DNA of 64,000 nucleotides, taken from the NCBI GenBank assembly GCA_022820625.1, contig JAJEFE010000077.1, positions 20,768 through 84,767 of the forward strand, in the 5' to 3' direction. This document shows positions 56,057 through 64,000 of this stretch, in pieces. Position 1 is the stretch's first letter. Each line of letters starts with the position of its first letter. The position numbers and the translations under genes are program-made. This DNA is from Gammaproteobacteria bacterium. GTDB lineage: Bacteria > Pseudomonadota > Gammaproteobacteria > Steroidobacterales > Rariloculaceae. Under the pieces are notes generated by a model that searched no databases, had not been told where the DNA came from, and saw nothing but the letters and a program-made list of their open reading frames with translations.

Positions 56057-57034
56057 ATGGCGAGGATGACGTTTGCCGCGGCCATGGTGGACGCCGTCGT
56101 GGCGCGGATGCACGACGATCCGACCATGACGCTGATCGGCAGCGCTTACCTGCTGGGACCTACGGCAGAGCATCCGGAGTTGAACGCGGTACGGGAGCGC
56201 TACGCGGATCGGATCATCGACGAACCGCCCATCGCGGAGTCCGCCGTAGCGGGGCTTGCCATCGGTTCGGCCATGAGCGGTTGCCGCGCGCTGGCACACT
56301 TCGGTCTTGCGGCATTCGCCGTCGAGGCCTGGTCACAGTTCATTCACGAGGCGGGCGTGGCGCATCATCAGTCCGGCGGACAGATCACCGTCCCCGCCGT
56401 CTTCGTCATGATGCACGGCATCATGCCCATCGAGCACTCCCAGCACAGCCGCAGTCCCTACGCCATGCTGGCCAACTGTCCGGGGATCCAGATCGTGCTG
56501 GCGTCCACACCCGCCGATATCAAGGGCCTGATGACGACCGCGCTGAGAAGCGATAATCCCACTGTGGTCATGAACCACCCGTTACTGATGGCAATGGAAG
56601 GCGAAGTCCCGGACGGTGATTTCTCCATCCCGTTCGGCCAGGCGGAGGTCAGGCGGGCGGGCGACGATGTCACCATAGTGGCTACGTCGCACAAGGTGCA
56701 CGTAGCGCTGGAGGCGGCCGAGAGGCTGGCTGCCGATGGCGTTTCTGCCGAGGTCGTCGACCCGCGCACCATCGTGCCCCTGGACCGCGCTGCCATCCTG
56801 GCGTCGGTATGCAAGACCGGCCGTGTGGTGGTGGTGGACGACAGCCCTCGCACGTGCGGATTCGGCGCCGAGATCGGGGCGTTGGTCGCGGAGTCCGCCT
56901 TCGACGATCTCAAGGCGGCGGTCGTGCGGCTGTCGCCTCCGGACACCCCCATACCGAGAGGTACCGTCGCCCAGACGCCGTTCCGGACAACGCCGGAGAA
57001 GGTGGTGGGCGCCGTGCGCTCCGTTCTTTGGTGA
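56057..57034 (+). CDS. E1 beta subunit (pair 2)
   Basis: ATG at 56057 after GGGGGAGA; the track ORF starts at 55973. Motif RIIDEPPIAESAVAGLAIGSA. Confidence 0.85.
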   Translation: MARMTFAAAMVDAVVARMHDDPTMTLIGSAYLLGPTAEHPELNAVRERYADRIIDEPPIAESAVAGLAIGSAMSGCRALAHFGLAAFAVEAWSQFIHEAGVAHHQSGGQITVPAVFVMMHGIMPIEHSQHSRSPYAMLANCPGIQIVLASTPADIKGLMTTALRSDNPTVVMNHPLLMAMEGEVPDGDFSIPFGQAEVRRAGDDVTIVATSHKVHVALEAAERLAADGVSAEVVDPRTIVPLDRAAILASVCKTGRVVVVDDSPRTCGFGAEIGALVAESAFDDLKAAVVRLSPPDTPIPRGTVAQTPFRTTPEKVVGAVRSVLW

Positions 57035-57091
57035 GAGGCCCGCAATTGGATACCCTCCGTGAGATATTCGCAATGAGAGGTCCGCAATTCC

Positions 57092-58423
57092 ATGACCCGT
57101 GAAATCCTGATGCCGGCGCTGACGCCAACCATGGAGGAGGGAACACTGGCCCGCTGGCACGTGCGTCCCGGCGACTCGGTTGAGGCGGGCCAGGTGATCG
57201 CCGAGATCGAGACGGACAAGTCCGTGCTGGAACTGGAGGCGTTGGAGGATGGCGAGATCGGCGAGTTGATGGTGGAGGAGGGCGCCGAGGGCGTGCCCGT
57301 GGACCGGGTCATCGCCACCTTACTGGAGGCACACGAGTCATCTGACTCCGAGGAGGCCGACCCGGCACCGCCCGCCGAACTCGCAGACGAAGCCGTTGCA
57401 TCCGGCATCGGGCGCCCCGAGTCCGGTTCGTCGTCGAAACCGCGGTCGCAGGGGGCGGCGTCGACGCCCGTCATACCATCGTCGGGAGGGCGGCGGAACC
57501 GCGTACCCGCGAGTCCGGCGGCCCGGCGTCTTGCACGCGAGCGCGGCATCGATATTGCCGCGCTGATGGGCACAGGCCCGCGCGGCCGGATCGTCGCCGC
57601 CGATGTCGAAGCTGCATTGCCGGCGCTGTCTTCCGACGACGGATCGACGGCAGTTGCTGCCACCGGAACGCCGCCGGCCGAGTTGGAAATACCGTTTGAA
57701 GAAAGGCCGCTCTCCACCCTGGGCAAGACCATGGCACGGCGGATGGCCGAGTCCAAGGCGACCATTCCCCACTTTCATTGCAGTATCGACGTCTGTGTTG
57801 ATGCTGCATTGAGCCTGCGGGCTGAACTCAACGCATCCGGGGATGGTCCCAAATTGTCACTGAACGACCTGGTGGTGCACGCCGTGGCCCGGGCTCTGCA
57901 GGATACGCCCCGGATGAATGTCCAATACCGGGATGACCGCCTGATCCGGTTCCGGCGCGTGGATATCGCGGTTGCCGTCGCCCTGGACGAGGGTCTGGTG
58001 ACGCCGGTGTTGCGTGGTGCGGAGACATTGCCGCTGCCCAAACTGGCCTCGCGGATGCGGGACCTGAACGAGCGGGCGCGTGCAAGACAACTGGACGTCG
58101 AAGACTACCGGGGCGGTACTTTCACCGTATCCAACGTAGGAATGTTTGGCATCCGCCAGAGCTGGCCGATCATCAATCCGCCGCATGCGGGCACACTCGG
58201 CGTCGGCGCGGCCGTGCCCCGGCCGGTGGCGATCGCCGGCGACGATGGCACGCGTGTCGACGTTGCTACCATGATGAGCCTGACCCTGGCCGCCGATCAC
58301 CGCGCCGTGGACGGTGTGATTTCCGGCCAGTTTCTCCGCCGCCTGAAGGAAGCGCTCGAGCATCCCGAAGCGCTACCCGACTCGGGGGAACGTGCTCAAT
58401 CGCCGAACACGAGCGACGGGTAG
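57092..58423 (+). CDS. dihydrolipoamide acyltransferase (E2)
   Basis: 443 aa. Lipoyl domain (AEIETDKSV), Ala/Pro/Ser linker, E3/E1-binding domain (ASPAARRLARERGIDI) and catalytic domain with DHRAVDG. Confidence 0.9.
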   Translation: MTREILMPALTPTMEEGTLARWHVRPGDSVEAGQVIAEIETDKSVLELEALEDGEIGELMVEEGAEGVPVDRVIATLLEAHESSDSEEADPAPPAELADEAVASGIGRPESGSSSKPRSQGAASTPVIPSSGGRRNRVPASPAARRLARERGIDIAALMGTGPRGRIVAADVEAALPALSSDDGSTAVAATGTPPAELEIPFEERPLSTLGKTMARRMAESKATIPHFHCSIDVCVDAALSLRAELNASGDGPKLSLNDLVVHAVARALQDTPRMNVQYRDDRLIRFRRVDIAVAVALDEGLVTPVLRGAETLPLPKLASRMRDLNERARARQLDVEDYRGGTFTVSNVGMFGIRQSWPIINPPHAGTLGVGAAVPRPVAIAGDDGTRVDVATMMSLTLAADHRAVDGVISGQFLRRLKEALEHPEALPDSGERAQSPNTSDG

Positions 58424-58941
58424 CCTTTCTCCGCGACCAGTGCGGCCGCCTTGCGCATGGGATCGCGGGTGTGGTGGCGGCCGGCGCCATGACCCTCCAC
58501 GAGGCGGTTGACCATATTGAAATGCGCGCAGACGCAGATGGCGTCCGACAGCGCCTTTTCGCTCCAGCCGGCCGCGAACACGGCATCGGCGTCCTCCTGG
58601 GTCATGGCCGAGGGTGTGTACGTGAGTTTCTCCACGTAGCGCAACAGGGCCTTGAAACTCTCCTCAACAGGTGCGGTGTCCAGGTTCGCCAACGCCTGGT
58701 CGATCAGTGAATCGTCTGCTCCGGATGCTGCCGCGACCGCGGCATGCCCATGGAATCAGTGCGGGCAGTCGTTCAGGCCGGACACGTACGAGCCGATGAA
58801 CTCCCGCTGCGCCGGAGTCAGCTCGGATGGATCGCGCAGGATGCGCTGGGACTGCTTCGGAAGCCCCCGCAACCGGTCGGCGCGGGCGCGAACGATGTCG
58901 GGCTGGCCGGCGTCTTCATGCAGGAATTTTACGAATGGCAT
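58396..58941 (-). CDS. candidate selenoprotein: AhpD/carboxymuconolactone-decarboxylase-family peroxidase-related protein (C-P-H-U); in-frame TGA at 58756..58758
   Basis: Track ORFs 58756..58941 and 58396..58692 are in the same frame (58941-58692=249). Read-through gives ...FIGSYVSGLNDCPH-[TGA]-FHGHAAVAAA..., the AhpD-type CxxC with the second Cys replaced by TGA. The combined length of 181 aa is typical of the family. Confidence 0.7.
58730..58743 (-). promoter_or_regulatory. candidate bacterial SECIS hairpin downstream of TGA 58756..58758
   Basis: On the minus strand the sequence is UGA + 12 nt + GCCGC-GGUC-GCGGC: a 5-bp GC stem with a GGUC apical loop. The loop and spacing resemble the E. 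coli fdhF SECIS as I remember it. Confidence 0.45.
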
Positions 58942-59063
58942 CGCTCGGAACTCCTCTTGGTTGAACAGTATGTAACGAGACTCTTGAGATCAACGCTAAA
59001 AGTACATTACTTTCAATATGTTAGGTATAAGCCCTCAAACAGGCAGTTGTGATCTCATCAAAA

Positions 59064-59074
59064 CTGTACTACAT
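59064..59074. promoter_or_regulatory. candidate GntR/FadR-type operator CTGTACTACAT
   Basis: The core TGTACTACA is a perfect palindrome. It lies 51 nt upstream of the ASST ATG at 59125. Confidence 0.45.
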
Positions 59075-59124
59075 TTCCTGCATTAAGGACAGGCGTGCCG
59101 GGAAAATGTGAACGAGGGGTATCG

Positions 59125-60879
59125 ATGGAACGCAGGCGCAGTGTGATTTGGGAATTCGGTTGGCTGTTTCTCTTTCCCTGGCTGGTAGCATCGCCCGGCG
59201 AACTGGTGGCTCAGGGCGTCGCCGAGGGACTTTCCTTTACGTCGCCGCCACGGATGGAGCAAAACCCCAATCCCGCCGTGCCGCTTGCGGCCGTGCTGTC
59301 CTTCGAGTCTCGCGACGCCGTCGCCACTCGGGTGGATTTCGACGACGGTGAGCGAACCTGGAGCATCGATTTCGACCGCGTTCCCGTTGGAGGGGAGATC
59401 CTGCCCATCCTGGGGATGCGGCCGGGTCGCCGGCACGAGATCCGCGTCACTATCTTTGACAGTGCGGAAGGCTCGAAGCAGTGGGACGGTGAACTCGGAT
59501 ACACGACGCCGCCATTGCCGGTGGACCGTTACCTCATGCCGGACTACGACGTCCGCGTGGCGCAGCCGGAACGCATGGAGCCCGGGGTGACCATCCTGAG
59601 CGTGCGCCGGTCGCTGCTGTTGCGGCCCCAGGATCGCAATCCCGCGCAACAGGCCTTCGTCACCCGCTACGGACTGCTGCTGGCGCTGGACAACGAGGGA
59701 GAGGTGGTCTGGTACTACCGGTCCGATGACCGGATCGCGGGCATCGACCGGCTCGCCAACGGCAACATCATCTTCCACATGGCATCGTTCGAGGCCGTGG
59801 AGATGGACATGCTCGGCAACCGGCTGCGAAGCTGGTATGCCGAGGAACGTCCGCGCGGTCCGTCCACCGCCCCCGGCGCGGTCCCCATACGGGGCGCGCA
59901 GACCCTGCACCATCAGCCCCACGAGGTCCGCGACGGCTCCTTCCTGTCGTTCTCGGCGAACTGGCGGGTGATCGAGAACTGGTACACCAACGAATTCGAT
60001 CCTACCCCGAGACGAGAACAGAAGGTGATGGGCGACACCATCCTGGAGTTCGACAAGGCCGGCAACATTCTCTGGAGCTGGAACGCCTTCGACTACCTCG
60101 ACACCGGTATGATCGGCTACGAAGCCTTCAACCCCTACTGGGTCACCCGCGGCTTCCCCGACACCTGGGACTGGAGTCACGGCAACGGCGTCGCCTACGA
60201 TCCGCGTGACGACTCCGTGGTGGCGAGCTTCAAGCTGCTGGACGCGATCATCAAGATCGACCGCGAAAGCAAGGAGATCAAGTGGATCTTCGGCGATCAC
60301 GTCGGCTGGGAGGGGGCGCTGCGGGAGAAACTGCTGACTCCGGTCGGCGAGGATTTTCGCTGGCCCTGGCACCAGCACAATCCGCGCTGGACCCACGCCG
60401 GCACGCTGATGGTGTTCAACAACAACCGCGGCCAGGCCAAGCCCTTCGACGGTCGGCCGCACGCCCCGTTCGAGGACACGCACAGCTATTCGGTGGAGTA
60501 CGAAATCGACGAGGCCGAAGGGACGGTGCGCCAGGTCTGGATTGCCGAGCCCGAACTGACCGGGGACGCCTGCAACAGCATGGCCATGAGCGATGCGCAT
60601 CGACTGCCGCTCACCGACAACATCCTCGAGATCAATGCGCTGTGCATACCGGCCGGCACCTCGGGCGTCACCTGGGACATCTGGGACCGTTCCCAGCGGT
60701 ATCTTGCAGAAGTGCCACACGGCGGCCGAGTGCGGGAATTTACGCGAACCGACCCCGCCGAAGTCGTTTTCGACGTTTCCTTCAGGGATCCCCACGACGC
60801 GCTGGCATGGCAGGTGTACGGCGGGTTCCGCACGCCGAGCCTTTACCCGGATGAGGGCGCAGGCGGGACGGACCGGTAG
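59125..60879 (+). CDS. secreted aryl-sulfate sulfotransferase (ASST)-like beta-propeller protein
   Basis: ATG at 59125 after GAGGGG. Signal peptide WEFGWLFLFPWLVASPGELVAQ. Motifs LHHQPHEVRDGS, DWSHGNG and HQHNPR. Confidence 0.8.
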   Translation: MERRRSVIWEFGWLFLFPWLVASPGELVAQGVAEGLSFTSPPRMEQNPNPAVPLAAVLSFESRDAVATRVDFDDGERTWSIDFDRVPVGGEILPILGMRPGRRHEIRVTIFDSAEGSKQWDGELGYTTPPLPVDRYLMPDYDVRVAQPERMEPGVTILSVRRSLLLRPQDRNPAQQAFVTRYGLLLALDNEGEVVWYYRSDDRIAGIDRLANGNIIFHMASFEAVEMDMLGNRLRSWYAEERPRGPSTAPGAVPIRGAQTLHHQPHEVRDGSFLSFSANWRVIENWYTNEFDPTPRREQKVMGDTILEFDKAGNILWSWNAFDYLDTGMIGYEAFNPYWVTRGFPDTWDWSHGNGVAYDPRDDSVVASFKLLDAIIKIDRESKEIKWIFGDHVGWEGALREKLLTPVGEDFRWPWHQHNPRWTHAGTLMVFNNNRGQAKPFDGRPHAPFEDTHSYSVEYEIDEAEGTVRQVWIAEPELTGDACNSMAMSDAHRLPLTDNILEINALCIPAGTSGVTWDIWDRSQRYLAEVPHGGRVREFTRTDPAEVVFDVSFRDPHDALAWQVYGGFRTPSLYPDEGAGGTDR

Positions 60880-60946
60880 CCGCCCGCTCGCATCTTCCTG
60901 CAGGTGGACGGCGGAGCAACTGAACTCTTGCTGTCGCCACCGGCGA

Positions 60947-61447
60947 CTAATTTTCGGCGTTGGCTCGCACCCGCGCCTCCAGACCCGCTCGCCGGCGCGC
61001 GTCGATGAGTTCGATGCGGGGGCCGCCGGGCACCTTGTGGTAGGCGAATCGCGAAATCCGGTCTTCGATCTCGTCGTAGGTCAGTTCGAGGGGAAACCCG
61101 GCGGCGCTCAGGCGAGCTGACGTGGCATCGAAGTCGTCGGCCCAGTACGCCATGTGGTGCAGGACGATGCGGTCCGGTGTGTACCAGAGCGTGCCTTCAG
61201 GGGCGCAAATGAGTTCCAGGTCGGGCGGTCCCTCGACGGTCCAGCAGGCCTGGAGTGGCACCGAGACCTGCCTGCCATCGATGCGCAGCGGCATCGCGCC
61301 GTTTCCCATGGGCGCCCAGCGGCAACCGAAGAAACTGGTGAACAGCGACTTGGCCCGCTCCATGTCCGGCACTGCGATGCCGATGTGGGCCAGCGGTCCG
61401 ATACTCCGGCCGGCATTGACGTTCAGTGGGTCAGGAATCATCTGCAA
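60947..61447 (-). CDS. VOC-family (glyoxalase/bleomycin-resistance/dioxygenase fold) protein
   Basis: 166 aa. Sequence ...LAHIGIAVPDMERAKSLF... and HHMAYWADDFDA.... Confidence 0.7.
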   Translation of the reverse strand: MQMIPDPLNVNAGRSIGPLAHIGIAVPDMERAKSLFTSFFGCRWAPMGNGAMPLRIDGRQVSVPLQACWTVEGPPDLELICAPEGTLWYTPDRIVLHHMAYWADDFDATSARLSAAGFPLELTYDEIEDRISRFAYHKVPGGPRIELIDARRRAGLEARVRANAEN

Positions 61448-61467
61448 TTGCTCTTTTGGTGCTTCAT

Positions 61468-63228
61468 CTATTGCTCCTGAGATTGTTCGTACACCGTGCG
61501 GCCCTCGAAGATCGTGGTCAACACCTGGGTCTCGGCAATGTCCCGCACGGGAATCTCGAACAGGTTCCGGTCGAGAACGATCAGGTCCGCGGACTTGCCC
61601 ACTTCGATGGAGCCGGCGATCTCTTCCACCTTTAAGGCCCTGGTGCCGTTGATGGTCACGATCTCAATCGCCGTTTCCAGGTCCACTGCCTGCTCGGGCC
61701 ACTTGGTTTCCTGTGGATTCTCCAGGTAGGGGTCCTGCCGCGTGAGCAGCGCTTCGACCCCAGGCCACGGATTCGGCGTCGGCACCACCGCCGGCCAGTC
61801 CGAACCGAAGGCCGGTGCTGCGCCGGACTCCACCAGGGAGCGAATGGGAAACGAGAATACGGCCCGTTCGCGGCCGATGGTCGCCGTCTGCGCTTCGACC
61901 ACCCCCGGAACGGGATACCAGAGGATCGGCGCCAGTTCGGGGATCGCATTGAGCTCGGCGAACCGGCCGACGTCATCGGCGTGCATGAGTCCGGCATGGC
62001 TGATCTCGTGGCGTAGCCCGGATGGCCCGTTTGCGGCCCGCGCCGCCTCGATGGCGTCCAGGCCCTGGCGCAATGCACCGTCGCCGACGGCATGCATCTT
62101 GACGGTCAGCCCCTGGGCGTCGAAGTTGATGACATCCTCCGCCAGGGTGGCCGAATCGTGCAGTGGTTCACCGCGAAAGCCGGCCGGAAATGCGTCGTGG
62201 GGCAGGTACGGCTCCAGCATGTACGCGGTTCGCGACGGAGCGATTCCGTCGAGGAAAATCTTGATGAAATCCGGGTTGACACGCTCGCTCCGGTAAGAGT
62301 CCCGCTGTTCGATGTTGAGCAGGTGATCCTCGTGGCTCTGAATCCAGGCGCGCTTCCAGATGAGGCTCGCGGCGACGCGGGCAGTGAGCCGGCCGGATTG
62401 GTCGAGCGCGTTGTATGCCCTCAGGGCACCGGCCTCGGCGATCGCGTCCTTGAAGCCGGTCACGCCGTATCGATTCAACATCGCCACTATCCACGCGAGG
62501 GCTTCCTCGTACTGTTCCGGGGAGTAGTCGGGGAGCGTCGAAATGGCATTGTAGGCCGCATCGTCGATGAGAATCCCGATGGGCATGCCTTCGCTGTCGC
62601 GAACGATGGCACCGCCCGGTGGATCGGTCGTGTCAGGACCGATGTCCAGCCGTTGCAGCGCGAGGGAATTCACCCAGGCGTTGTGGACGGTGGAATCCAT
62701 GAGGAATACCGGGTTGTCCGGCGCAACGGTGTCCAGGAGTTCAGCGTCGATCGATTGGTCGAGCGTGGCAAGCCCCACCGCCCATTGGCCCCCGCGGACC
62801 CACTCGCCGGATTCGGCCTCGGACACACAGCCGGCAACATGCTCGAGAATCTCCTCGACGGTGGAGGTGAACGGAAAGCTGCAGTCGTATAGTGCGGCCA
62901 TGGCACCGTCCACGGGATGGATGTGGATATCGAACATTCCGGGCATGGCCATTCGGCCCTGGAGATCGGTCACCTCGGTGTCCTGACCGACGAGGGCGTT
63001 CATTTCGTCGTTGGTGCCGACGGCGACGAACCTGCCATCGGCGATGGCCACTGCCTCGGCCCACGGCTGGGCGCCGTTGACCGTGTAGATCGCGCCGTTG
63101 CGCAGGACTCTGTCGGCGGGATCCACAGGCGTTGTGCCCTGGCCAGGTGGCGGTGCTTCGCCCGCCGGTCGGCAAGCGCCCAACAGCACTGCCGGGAGTA
63201 CGATGTAATGGCAACGAAACGGCTTCAC
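61468..63228 (-). CDS. amidohydrolase-3 family (YtcJ-like) metal-dependent hydrolase, lipoprotein
   Basis: 586 aa. Lipobox LLGAC. Motifs PGMFDIHIHP, VKMHAVGDGA and GSDWP. Confidence 0.85.
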   Translation of the reverse strand: MKPFRCHYIVLPAVLLGACRPAGEAPPPGQGTTPVDPADRVLRNGAIYTVNGAQPWAEAVAIADGRFVAVGTNDEMNALVGQDTEVTDLQGRMAMPGMFDIHIHPVDGAMAALYDCSFPFTSTVEEILEHVAGCVSEAESGEWVRGGQWAVGLATLDQSIDAELLDTVAPDNPVFLMDSTVHNAWVNSLALQRLDIGPDTTDPPGGAIVRDSEGMPIGILIDDAAYNAISTLPDYSPEQYEEALAWIVAMLNRYGVTGFKDAIAEAGALRAYNALDQSGRLTARVAASLIWKRAWIQSHEDHLLNIEQRDSYRSERVNPDFIKIFLDGIAPSRTAYMLEPYLPHDAFPAGFRGEPLHDSATLAEDVINFDAQGLTVKMHAVGDGALRQGLDAIEAARAANGPSGLRHEISHAGLMHADDVGRFAELNAIPELAPILWYPVPGVVEAQTATIGRERAVFSFPIRSLVESGAAPAFGSDWPAVVPTPNPWPGVEALLTRQDPYLENPQETKWPEQAVDLETAIEIVTINGTRALKVEEIAGSIEVGKSADLIVLDRNLFEIPVRDIAETQVLTTIFEGRTVYEQSQEQ

Positions 63229-63527
63229 TTCAGGTGCCCCTCCATGGATTGGGTACAGGGTATCCGCGATGACCGATCTTGATTCGACATATAGCGCATA
63301 CCGGGTGCGTCTGCAAAGTGGGCTCGCCGGAATTCTAAGTTAGACTTGCCGGGAGAGAACGAATAACGGCTATCCGCCAGGCCGAGCACATCGCCGAGAG
63401 AATGAGTCAGCGGGAGCTTTGATCGCAGAGCCGGCACAGGTCTGGAACACACTCATGACGTTCAAAGTACAATAGGCCGCTGACGGGACATCTACGTTGT
63501 ATGGAGTTCGCTCCGGAGGTCAACCAT

Positions 63528-63920
63528 ATGAACACCAGAGTCGCTGGCATTTTCCTGGCAAGTTTATTGCTGGTCGTAATGACCGGGGCATTTGGGCACC
63601 ACGGCGGTGCCGCCTATGACGGTTCGGAGACCGTCGAAGTTGTCGGCAAGGTAAGCCGATTCGAGTTCGTCAATCCCCACGTCCTGATTTATGCGAACGT
63701 CATGGACGAGGAAGGCAATACCGTCGAGTGGTCCGGCGAACTGACGAGCCCCAACCGTCTCGCCCGCAGCGAGCGCAGCGCCGTCAGGTGGCACAAGGAT
63801 ATTTTCCAGCCCGGCGACGACATCACCCTGATCGGCAACCCGGCCCGAAGCGGCGCGCCCTCATTGCGCTTGCAGGAAGTGCTGAACGGAGACGGCGTGA
63901 AGATGATCGGCGGCAGTTGA
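63528..63920 (+). CDS. DUF6152-like small secreted protein
   Basis: ATG at 63528 after GGAGG. Signal peptide, then GHHGGAAYDGSETVEVVGKVSRFEFVNPHVLIYA. Confidence 0.6.
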   Translation: MNTRVAGIFLASLLLVVMTGAFGHHGGAAYDGSETVEVVGKVSRFEFVNPHVLIYANVMDEEGNTVEWSGELTSPNRLARSERSAVRWHKDIFQPGDDITLIGNPARSGAPSLRLQEVLNGDGVKMIGGS

Positions 63921-64000
63921 TTGGAACAATCGCCGCACTTTCCCCCTTTCCGGATGTTATAACTGTGGTTATAATTTGTTCCGGGCAATCCGGGAGCGTG

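Noticed and set aside
58998-59012. AAAAGTACATTACTT and the half-site at 63463..63475 (revcomp TTGTACTTTG), considered as additional operator copies.
   Set aside because: Only one half of the palindrome is preserved. They are mentioned as weak candidates only.
1-64000. Scan for rRNA, tRNA (including tRNA-Sec), CRISPR arrays, integrases, phage genes and IS elements with terminal inverted repeats.
   Set aside because: I recognised none by eye. Small RNAs cannot be excluded without covariance-model searches.

Overview
GC-rich bacterial chromosomal segment. TonB-dependent receptors, a beta-barrel OMP and Tat/Sec signal peptides indicate a Gram-negative organism; a marine proteobacterium is only my guess. 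I support about 50 protein-coding genes and saw no rRNA, tRNA, CRISPR array, integrase or prophage. Many long ORFs in the track are antisense shadow ORFs typical of high-GC DNA and are not reported.

Main themes:
1. Selenium. There is an FAD-oxidoreductase::SelD fusion (1088..3343). Two genes are split by the ORF track at an in-frame TGA that sits exactly on a redox-active Cys position: a periplasmic Prx-like redoxin fused to a DsbD-alpha-like domain (3463..4533) and an AhpD/CMD-like protein (58396..58941). Each TGA is followed 12-13 nt later by a SECIS-like hairpin, so both are candidate selenoproteins.
2. Aryl-sulfotransferases. Five PAPS-independent aryl-sulfotransferase (ASST)-like beta-propeller paralogs occur in the window. 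One has no signal peptide and overlaps a cytochrome P450 stop codon; one is fused to four EF-hands. They sit with a leaderless sulfatase carrying a non-canonical CMSNR motif, MFS transporters, two TonB-dependent receptors and aromatic alcohol/aldehyde dehydrogenases.
3. A candidate regulon. A TTGTACTACAA-type palindrome recurs in at least four promoter regions spread over 50 kb. It fits the GntR/FadR operator pattern, and a FadR-like regulator is encoded at 32086..32748.
4. 2-oxoacid dehydrogenase parts. There are three E1 alpha/beta pairs, one E2, one free-standing lipoyl-domain protein and no E3.
5. A small island (about 14.7-17.2 kb) holds an Rpn-family nuclease, a truncated Rpn remnant and two toxin-less antitoxin genes.

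Also present: a fused isobutyryl-CoA mutase (IcmF) with an acyl-CoA dehydrogenase, and two molybdoenzymes (an XDH-family large subunit without partner subunits and a Tat-exported sulfite-oxidase-like protein).

All family assignments come from reading the translated motifs, not from database searches.
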